Positions 25,907-32,462 of a stretch of DNA of 34,786 nt are shown piece after piece. Every line of letters starts with the position of its first letter. Positions within the stretch are counted from its first letter, which is position 1. The notes under the pieces are model-generated. The model saw only the letters and a list, made by a program, of their open reading frames with translations. It had not been told where the DNA came from and made no database searches. The translations under genes and the position numbers were made by a program. The DNA is from a virus (lineage: Duplodnaviria > Caudoviricetes): positions 1 to 34,786 of IMG/VR virus record IMGVR_UViG_3300020045_006313. One strand, written 5' to 3'.

Positions 25907-27061
25907 ATGGAAAACACAAAAGTTACAAAAAAAGTAAGCGCTGCATTAAAGACCATTGATCCGGTTGAATTTGTTGCGGCGGTATTTGATCCATTTGCGG
26001 AACGTTTAGCGCTGGCCATTAAAGAAACGGCCAATGTTGAGTTTGACATTACCACGACGGCCGGCATGGAGCTGGCCAAAAAATGCCGCGCAACATTCCG
26101 CGACATTCGGATCGAAGCCGACAAAGAACGTAAATTTCGCAAAGAGCCGCTATTGCTCATTGGCAAAATGTTAGAAGCGAAAAACACCGACATTGAAAAC
26201 GAAGCCAAGCCGCATGAAGATAAATTCGACGCAGTGATCAAGGCCGAAGAGGCACGCAAAGAAGAGGTCAAAGCCGCGATCATGCGTGAAATAGCAGCCA
26301 AAGAGGCGGCAATCAATGCGGCCATTGACGCGATCAAAAATAAACCGATTGAAGCGATCCATCTGACAGCTGAAAAAACACAAGTCATGCTAGATGAATT
26401 AATGAATCACGCGATCCAAGATGAATTTTTTGGCGATCGTTTAGTAGAGGCTGAATTATTGATTGATCAAACCGTGCAAACCCTTACCCAAATGATCGAC
26501 GGCAAGAAAGCACAAGAGCAGATCGCAGCGCAAGCCATGGCCGCACAAGCTGAAACTACACGCGTGGCCAGCATTAAAGACCGTATCAATAACATTAAAA
26601 CTGTCTTGATGGATGCAATGGACGTGAATCATTCAAGCGGATTTACCCAGTTAATCAATGCATTGAATGCGGTCGAGATCAATCAGGAAAACTTTGCGGA
26701 ATTTGTAGCCGAAGCCCAAGCGGCCAAAGAGGCGACATTGAAAGGCCTGTACCGCCAATTTGATGCAATGGTGTTTGCTGAAACTCAAGCGGCTGCAGCT
26801 GCAGAGCAAAAAACGACTGTGATCATTGGCGTAGATTGGGCTAAAAATGCAGACGTTAATGACAGCGTGCTTGGCGTACTTGAAGATCAATTTCAAGAAG
26901 TGTTTGAAGTAAGCGATGTAAGCACCATGCGTCGCACAATCAGCGCTAGAGATATTGTCAACGCAGTGGCCGCAACGTTCCTGATCAGCGATTTAGAAGC
27001 ACACAAAGTCATTATCGAAGCTGATTTTATGAATATGACATTTGAAAAGGCTGCAGCGTAA
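25907..27061 (+). CDS. Coiled-coil protein of the recombination module (DUF1351-like)
   Basis: Long heptad-rich ORF between exonuclease and SSB; internal duplicated FGD/FAE..AEA segment. Confidence 0.65.
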   Translation: MENTKVTKKVSAALKTIDPVEFVAAVFDPFAERLALAIKETANVEFDITTTAGMELAKKCRATFRDIRIEADKERKFRKEPLLLIGKMLEAKNTDIENEAKPHEDKFDAVIKAEEARKEEVKAAIMREIAAKEAAINAAIDAIKNKPIEAIHLTAEKTQVMLDELMNHAIQDEFFGDRLVEAELLIDQTVQTLTQMIDGKKAQEQIAAQAMAAQAETTRVASIKDRINNIKTVLMDAMDVNHSSGFTQLINALNAVEINQENFAEFVAEAQAAKEATLKGLYRQFDAMVFAETQAAAAAEQKTTVIIGVDWAKNADVNDSVLGVLEDQFQEVFEVSDVSTMRRTISARDIVNAVAATFLISDLEAHKVIIEADFMNMTFEKAAA

Positions 27062-27546
27062 TGGCGTCGGTAAATAAAGTTATTTTGATGGGAAATTTAG
27101 GCCGTGATCCCGAAGTGCGTTACATGGCCAACGGTGAGGCGGTATGTAATTTTAGTATCGCCACAACGGATAGCTGGAAGGATAAAAGCGGCGCCAAGCA
27201 AGAGCGCACAGAATGGCACAGCATAGTGATTTATCGCAAGCTTGCTGAGATCGCCGGCGAGTATCTCAAAAAAGGCCGTCCGGTGTATGTCGAAGGCCGC
27301 CTTCAAACGCGCAAATGGCAAACCAAAGAAGGCCAAGATCGCTACTCAACGGAAATTATCGTTGACACGATGCAAATGCTAGGCGGCAAGGACGGCGATC
27401 GCAGCGCGGATGATACTGGGAGCTATCAAGCTAAACCAAGCAAGCCGGAGCGCCAAGCAGATCCGCAACCAAGGCCAAGCATTGACGAGTTCTCTGACGA
27501 CATTCCATTCATGAACCCATATAAATTTAACTGGCGAGTTGTTTAA
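27061..27546 (+). CDS. ssb: Single-stranded DNA-binding protein
   Basis: [48 protein letters not shown]. Confidence 0.97.
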   Translation: MASVNKVILMGNLGRDPEVRYMANGEAVCNFSIATTDSWKDKSGAKQERTEWHSIVIYRKLAEIAGEYLKKGRPVYVEGRLQTRKWQTKEGQDRYSTEIIVDTMQMLGGKDGDRSADDTGSYQAKPSKPERQADPQPRPSIDEFSDDIPFMNPYKFNWRVV

Positions 27547-27548
27547 CC

Positions 27549-27803
27549 ATGTACCGCCTGATTGTTGAAAAGTGTGAAAAGCCTCACAACTTTACTGGAC
27601 GAATTAGGTATCGCGTAATTAGTTGCAATATGACAGACATAAAAGAGGCGATTTTAATTACACAGAGTAAATCAAGATCAACCAATGCAACAAGATTATG
27701 GATGCCTTCTAACCGAATTTACAGATCAGGCGTTTTTATCAATCCAACAAAAGTATTAAAACAATTTTTAGCAGCAAAACCGGCCAATACGGCCATTAAC
27801 TGA
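27549..27803 (+). CDS. Hypothetical basic protein
   Basis: AT-rich ORF filling the operon gap. Confidence 0.55.
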   Translation: MYRLIVEKCEKPHNFTGRIRYRVISCNMTDIKEAILITQSKSRSTNATRLWMPSNRIYRSGVFINPTKVLKQFLAAKPANTAIN

Positions 27804-27817
27804 AAGGAGCAAGAAGC

Positions 27818-28180
27818 ATGAATAACGTACCCAGTCACAACGCTAGACCGTTTTTAAACATTGCTGCAGAGATCCGCCGCGGCTTGTTTTTAGATGAATG
27901 CACGGATGAATTGCAGCGCATTGTCGCAGCCGTTGAGGAAGCAGGCAAAGCCGGTAAATTGGTGATTGAGATCACAGTATCACCGGCCAGCAAAGGCCAA
28001 GGCGCCGTTAAAGTTTCAGACAAGATCAAAGCAGTATTGCCAGCATTCGCAGCTGGCGAAACGATCATGTTCGTGACGACTGATAACAACCTAGTGGCCA
28101 ATGATCCGCGCCAACAATCCCTAGAGCTTAGATCCGTGGCGCAGCCAAGCCAAGAACTTAAAACGCTGGCAAACGGCTAA
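27818..28180 (+). CDS. Conserved phage protein partnered with DUF2303 (YfdP-like)
   Basis: IRRGLFLDECTDEL..GKAGKLVIEITV..TIMFVT.DNNL..NDPRQ motif; AAGGAG SD. Confidence 0.8.
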   Translation: MNNVPSHNARPFLNIAAEIRRGLFLDECTDELQRIVAAVEEAGKAGKLVIEITVSPASKGQGAVKVSDKIKAVLPAFAAGETIMFVTTDNNLVANDPRQQSLELRSVAQPSQELKTLANG

Positions 28181-28214
28181 CCCATCCATTTAACCAAATT
28201 TTAGGAGTAATAAC

Positions 28215-29054
28215 GTGAGTGAAATTCAAAAAACCGAGGCCGAAGTGATCGCCTCATTAGTACACAAGCCGTTTGTTCAAGTGATTGAAGGCGTGCCATA
28301 TTTTTTCATTCAGAATGAAAATGGCGCATGGTTTTGTGAAGATAAACGATCATTATTGCCGGCGCCTGTTCGTAAATATGGATCAACAAACGTTCATGAG
28401 GTGGATAGCTTTGTTAAGTTTTGCAAAATTCACGGATCACTTGCAAATGCAATGATTTATCTTGATGTTAATTACCTCACCCAAGCGATTAAAGCCACTG
28501 CAGTTTTTAACGATCATGTTGCGGATAAAACAGGCTGGCGCGATCACACCGCCGTATTTGTACCGCGCAAAAGCGCCGAGTGGGAGCGTTGGAATAATTA
28601 CAACGGCAAAGCGCAAAGCCAAGAAGAATTTGCAACATTCCTCGTATCAATTATTGGCGACATTACTTCACCAGCTGGATCAAAACTCCCTACTGGATCC
28701 GATGTATTAACCTTCGTTTCACAGCTCCAAGAAACGCGTACCGTGAAGTATGGCAGCGCAATTAATCTACAAAATGGCACGGTGCAATTAGAGTTTACCG
28801 AAGATGGTGACAAAGGCACCAAGGGCAAATTAGAAGTGTTTAAAGAATTTGCCCTTGGGATCAAGCCATTTTTTGGCGGCGACGCTTATGAGTTGCGCGC
28901 ATTCTTGCGCTACCGCATTGATCGTAACAATGGCGCCATTAAATTTTGGTTTGATCTGCAGCGCCCTGATCGCGTGCTAGAGGATGCAGCCAAAGAGCTG
29001 ATCAACAAAATTAACACCGAAACTGGCTTACCGGTTATTTACGGCACGCCTTAA
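28215..29054 (+). CDS. DUF2303 (YfdQ-like) protein
   Basis: AVFNDH..GWRDHTA..SAEWERW..QEEFA.F..F.LGI.PF.GG..Y...A.LRYRI; TAGGAG SD with GTG start. Confidence 0.85.
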   Translation: MSEIQKTEAEVIASLVHKPFVQVIEGVPYFFIQNENGAWFCEDKRSLLPAPVRKYGSTNVHEVDSFVKFCKIHGSLANAMIYLDVNYLTQAIKATAVFNDHVADKTGWRDHTAVFVPRKSAEWERWNNYNGKAQSQEEFATFLVSIIGDITSPAGSKLPTGSDVLTFVSQLQETRTVKYGSAINLQNGTVQLEFTEDGDKGTKGKLEVFKEFALGIKPFFGGDAYELRAFLRYRIDRNNGAIKFWFDLQRPDRVLEDAAKELINKINTETGLPVIYGTP

Positions 29055-29070
29055 TTTTAAATTGAAGTAA

Positions 29071-29094
29071 GCGCCGGCGTTATGTCGCTGGCGC
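29071..29094 (+). terminator. GC-rich stem-loop after DUF2303
   Basis: GCGCCGGCG-TTATGT-CGCTGGCGC; no U-tract. Confidence 0.45.
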
Positions 29095-29113
29095 ATTAAC
29101 GGATGATTACGCA

Positions 29114-29320
29114 ATGAAAATTTTATCTATAAATTGGTCTAGCAATACAGACAATACAAAAATCACTTTTACGGATGATTTTTTGCAGGCTGACAGAATT
29201 ACAAAGCTGGACGTATTGCAAGATATAGGCGTAATGATTGACGAGATATATAGCGACACACTTGCGCAAATTGAAGAAGGCACGTCTTTTATTGATAAAA
29301 CTTATAAAAGGTATGAATAA
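29114..29320 (+). CDS. Hypothetical protein
   Basis: 68-aa ORF, AT-rich. Confidence 0.65.
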   Translation: MKILSINWSSNTDNTKITFTDDFLQADRITKLDVLQDIGVMIDEIYSDTLAQIEEGTSFIDKTYKRYE

Positions 29321-29322
29321 TC

Positions 29323-29406
29323 ATGGCTAAACAGAAAAAACCAAAAGGATCAGGACGCCGCGCACGTAAAGACGGCGCTGATCGTAAACGTAACCCCGAA
29401 TATTAA
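29323..29406 (+). CDS. Very basic 27-aa peptide (not in ORF track)
   Basis: MAKQKKPKGSGRRARKDGADRKRNPEY; ATG 2 nt after the upstream stop. Confidence 0.5.
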   Translation: MAKQKKPKGSGRRARKDGADRKRNPEY

Positions 29407-29412
29407 TCGCTT

Positions 29413-29501
29413 GGCTGGCTTAACCAGCCCCGTCAATGCAAGTCATTCAGTGTTTATATTGTTAATTGACCACTTTCAATAGAGTGACTTGCAATGACGG
29501 G
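29413..29501 (+). ncRNA. Structured RNA element: short hairpin plus long 20-bp hairpin
   Basis: GGCTGG/CCAGCC (29413-29429); CCCGTCAATGCAAGTCATTC (29429-29448) pairs with GAGTGACTTGCAATGACGGG (29482-29501), one mismatch and one G-U. Confidence 0.55.
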
Positions 29502-29532
29502 ATCTTAAAAATTTAAATTGGAGCAATAGAAA

Positions 29533-29709
29533 ATGGATTATTTAATAGTTGCAGTATTTAGCATGACCGTAACAGCGATGTTGTTTACATTTATCGTCAT
29601 GAAAATGAAGCATTTAGTGGCAGTTATTGAGCGTAATGGTAGGTTTGAAGTGACTTACTTGGGTAAAAATTACGAATTAAAGCCAGTTGATGAAATTGAG
29701 TTTTATTAA
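29533..29709 (+). CDS. Small single-TM protein, 58 aa (not in ORF track)
   Basis: MDYLIVAVFSMTVTAMLFTFIVMKMKHLVAVIERNGRFEVTYLGKNYELKPVDEIEFY; GGAG SD. Confidence 0.7.
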   Translation: MDYLIVAVFSMTVTAMLFTFIVMKMKHLVAVIERNGRFEVTYLGKNYELKPVDEIEFY

Positions 29710-29762
29710 ATTTGATACTTCGTTTGAAGATAAAAAACACTTAATAAATGATATTGGAGTGA

Positions 29763-29999
29763 ATGATGCAATTAACATTAATTAATAGATTGAAAATATG
29801 CTTTGAAGTTTTAACAATTAGAAGTGGACATAAACACCCTGCTTCTGAAAAACAACTTTCTACATTTTTGCATGGATATAGTTATGGATTTGACGATGGT
29901 GAAATTTACGAAAGAGAACATGGGCATAAATACAAAATAAATATTGAAGAATTTACATTGCCACCTGTGAATTTACCAGTTTTGGGGCGTGCGAAATGA
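29763..29999 (+). CDS. Hypothetical protein
   Basis: GGAG SD; ATGA overlap with the next gene. Confidence 0.65.
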   Translation: MMQLTLINRLKICFEVLTIRSGHKHPASEKQLSTFLHGYSYGFDDGEIYEREHGHKYKINIEEFTLPPVNLPVLGRAK

Positions 30000-30610
30000 C
30001 TGATCACAACATAACCCACGAATGGAAAGGCGAAGGCATAACGGCCACGGCCAAGCCGGTTTGCTCATGCGGCTGGCAAGGCTGGACTGAAAGCCAAAGT
30101 AACGATTATTTTCATTCTAATTTAGCGGATCAGGAACGGGATCACTTAAAAAACATTGCAGATATTCAGCGTAAATTTGGCGATCTTTTGCAAGAGGTTA
30201 AAAGTTTTGATTATGGCCAAACGCTGGATGCAGTTAATCGCTTTTTTAATAAACGAATCATGTTTTTAAAGGATCAAACCGACTATTTTCAAACGCTCAT
30301 AGAAACGCTTGAGCGCGGCGCTGGCGATTGTGAGGATTATGCGATCGCTAAATATAAAACGCTGCAGGGGCTTAACATTTACGATCTGCATTTAGCTTAC
30401 GTGCTAACGCCCTACGATCAGGCGCACATGGTTTGCATTTGCGGTGAGTACGTCCTAGACAATCTATGTGAAGGCGTTTATTACAAAGCGGATCTGTACC
30501 AATTAATTTATATGTTCGACGACGAGAATCTAATTATTGGCAATAGAGTAGAAAATGCGCGGCAACATTTAAGCCGTTGGGATGATGTTTTGAATAGGAT
30601 GACTGGGTAA
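29996..30610 (+). CDS. Transglutaminase-like cysteine protease (BTLCP/peptidase C93, LapG-like) with N-terminal CSCGW zinc-finger-like segment
   Basis: VNRFFN, GAGDCEDYAIAKY (Cys), AHMV (His), VLDNL (Asp); no signal peptide. Confidence 0.88.
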   Translation: MTDHNITHEWKGEGITATAKPVCSCGWQGWTESQSNDYFHSNLADQERDHLKNIADIQRKFGDLLQEVKSFDYGQTLDAVNRFFNKRIMFLKDQTDYFQTLIETLERGAGDCEDYAIAKYKTLQGLNIYDLHLAYVLTPYDQAHMVCICGEYVLDNLCEGVYYKADLYQLIYMFDDENLIIGNRVENARQHLSRWDDVLNRMTG

Positions 30611-30774
30611 TGAGCGAAAAAAACAAAATATCAGCGTCATCAAATGGCAGCCCGCCATTAAGCGGTGCTGAATTTTTTGCACGCTTGATTATCAGCATGG
30701 AATCAAAGCCAAAAGTTAAGCTCGTTTCCGAAACGGCACAATCGCATAAGATTGTATCGGAAAAGCGGGGATAA
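30610..30774 (+). CDS. 54-aa protein, candidate recombination directionality factor (not in ORF track)
   Basis: MSEKNKISASSNGSPPLSGAEFFARLIISMESKPKVKLVSETAQSHKIVSEKRG; TAATG coupling to the upstream gene; convergent overlap with int; stop inside attP. Confidence 0.6.
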   Translation: MSEKNKISASSNGSPPLSGAEFFARLIISMESKPKVKLVSETAQSHKIVSEKRG

Positions 30775-32272
30775 ACTCGCTTCCCCGTGGGGACGCCAGC
30801 TTATCCCCTGTTACGTTAGCAATTTTATATGTAACAGTGGCTTGCATCGTTGATTCATCTAATGTGATCAATTCAACGATACTGGCAATTGCTTCTTTCA
30901 ATAGCGGTGTATCATCGCCGCTTAGTTGATCCGTAATTATTCTAAGCATAGATTTAATGTCGCTTAGTTTTAAATCTCGTAATGTTTTACTGTTACTTTC
31001 CGATTCCCTAAATTCTTCGACTTGTTTTTTTAAGTCATCACGTTCATTTTCAATTTTTTCAATACTTCGCATTAAAGTTGCGTGCGCCGTTGTTTGCGTG
31101 AGTAATTCGGCTAGGCTATGCGCTTGACGATCTAATTCATTAATTCTTGAAGTTAATTTACTAAGCGTTTTATCTTTATTGGCCGGCTTGGCCATGGCTT
31201 GATAATGTTTTAATACGGCGCTTGCAAATAGATCACTTGAAATGTCATTCTTTATACAATCTAAGACCGCAGTTTCGACATTTTTGGCCAGCACGCGCTT
31301 ACCCTTACCAAGTCTATAAAATCCGTCACCGCTACCATGCCACATAAGCCCGTCGGGACTTTTCAACAAACCAGCCAATAGATACACATTAATCGCTTGC
31401 CTTGCCCGCGTTACCTTGCGCTCTTCGACTTGCTTTAATATGGCGTGGGCTTCTTCTTCGCTAATTAATGGTTCATGCGTATTGCGCTGAATTACCCATT
31501 CTTTTTGATCGCGGTATTTTTGGCCGCCAACATACCCGCCGCCTTCTGCTTTTTCAGCGTGACGATTCCAAACAGTATGGCCGGCATAGGTGAGCGCGTT
31601 GCGCTCCATGCTTAATAATGTAGTCACTGGCCAGTCTTGTTTAACGTAAGCCAATGACGCAGCTCGTGGTGCGCCTTTTGCGCGTTGCTGCATGTAGCCG
31701 CGTACCAATATTGCGTCGTCATTTGGTGCGAGCTTTGTTTTAGTCACTGCAATCCCTTCACGAATTGCACCGGTATTACTTGACTCTAATTTATAACCCT
31801 TGGGCGCGCTTCCGCCCGCCCTAAATCCTTGCTTAACGTTTTCGGCCATGCCGGATAAGCCTTTTGCCTTACTTGTTAAACTGTGCCATTCATCCATCGC
31901 CTGCAGGATCGACTTTAAAAGCATTTCTGTGATCGGATCTGATTCGGGCAGCGATTTATAAATCACTTTGATCCCGTTGCGCTTACATTCATGCTCTTCA
32001 AAAATAATTGAAATATGGCGGCGGCGGGCGATTCTTGAGGTGTCTAAAACTAATACGGTATTCCATCCCCGTTTTGGGTTGCGCATTTCTCGGAGCATGG
32101 CTTGAAAGCTTGGGCGATCGTCATCCTTGCCCGACTCTACGGCGTCGGCAAACTCTTTAATAATAAGAACGTCGCGGGCGATCGCAAGCTCGGCTAACTG
32201 CCTGCGTTGTGCGTCAATTGAAACGTCGGAACGGTCTTTACTTGACCTTAGATAGATAACGGCATTATTCAT
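30716..32272 (-). CDS. int: Large serine recombinase (phage integrase)
   Basis: AVIYLRSS catalytic motif, RPSFQAML, DTSRIARR, GFRAGGSAPKGY, HEPLISEE recombinase domain, coiled coil. Confidence 0.95.
   Translation of the reverse strand: MNNAVIYLRSSKDRSDVSIDAQRRQLAELAIARDVLIIKEFADAVESGKDDDRPSFQAMLREMRNPKRGWNTVLVLDTSRIARRRHISIIFEEHECKRNGIKVIYKSLPESDPITEMLLKSILQAMDEWHSLTSKAKGLSGMAENVKQGFRAGGSAPKGYKLESSNTGAIREGIAVTKTKLAPNDDAILVRGYMQQRAKGAPRAASLAYVKQDWPVTTLLSMERNALTYAGHTVWNRHAEKAEGGGYVGGQKYRDQKEWVIQRNTHEPLISEEEAHAILKQVEERKVTRARQAINVYLLAGLLKSPDGLMWHGSGDGFYRLGKGKRVLAKNVETAVLDCIKNDISSDLFASAVLKHYQAMAKPANKDKTLSKLTSRINELDRQAHSLAELLTQTTAHATLMRSIEKIENERDDLKKQVEEFRESESNSKTLRDLKLSDIKSMLRIITDQLSGDDTPLLKEAIASIVELITLDESTMQATVTYKIANVTGDKLASPRGSEFIPAFPIQSYAIVPFRKRA
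30767..30808. other. attP site (serine-integrase type) containing the tRNA-Glu 3' end
   Basis: GGGGATAAACTCGCTTCCCC-GT-GGGGACGCCAGCTTATCCCC: 20-bp arms match at 17/20 as an inverted repeat around GT (30787-30788). TCCCCGTGGGGACGCCA (30782-30798) matches the 3' end of proteobacterial tRNA-Glu. Confidence 0.88.
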
Positions 32273-32279
32273 GCTGCCA

Positions 32280-32309
32280 ATTATGTGAGTAGATGATCAA
32301 TTTTGTAAA
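32280..32309 (-). promoter_or_regulatory. Putative int promoter (leaderless mRNA)
   Basis: Minus strand TTTACA, 18 bp, CATAAT, 7 nt, ATG; no SD. Confidence 0.6.
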
Positions 32310-32342
32310 GCCGAATATGCTGTCCATAACTGTAGGATAGGT

Positions 32343-32387
32343 AAAAAAATACCCATGGCGTATAGTGCAGCCATGGGTAAAATTTTT
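32343..32387 (-). terminator. Terminator of the late transcript (possibly bidirectional)
   Basis: TACCCATGGC (32350-32359) / GCCATGGGTA (32370-32379) perfect 10-bp stem; T7 run follows on the minus strand and T5 nearby on the plus strand. Confidence 0.7.
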
Positions 32388-32462
32388 GCGTTTGTTGGTT
32401 GGTGCGTTTTAATCGTTTCGATCTTATGGCCAATTATTGAGAATTGGAACCGGCTTTTTTAA
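32373..32462 (+). CDS. Small hydrophobic peptide, 29 aa (35 aa from ATG 32355; not in ORF track)
   Basis: MGKIFAFVGWCVLIVSILWPIIENWNRLF; TATAGT 6 nt upstream of the ATG. Confidence 0.4.
   Translation: MGKIFAFVGWCVLIVSILWPIIENWNRLF

Noticed and set aside
30782-30798. tRNA-Glu gene
   Set aside because: Only the last 17 nt are present. Upstream sequence has no TTCGA loop, anticodon arm or D arm, so it is an att core and not a tRNA gene.
32320-32340. SOS (LexA) box upstream of int
   Set aside because: CTGT is present but the ACAG half-site at N8 spacing is not.
32350-32379. Inverted repeat upstream of int as attP
   Set aside because: Short perfect stem with 10-nt loop and T-runs fits a terminator. 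The 30767-30808 site has serine-integrase geometry and target homology.
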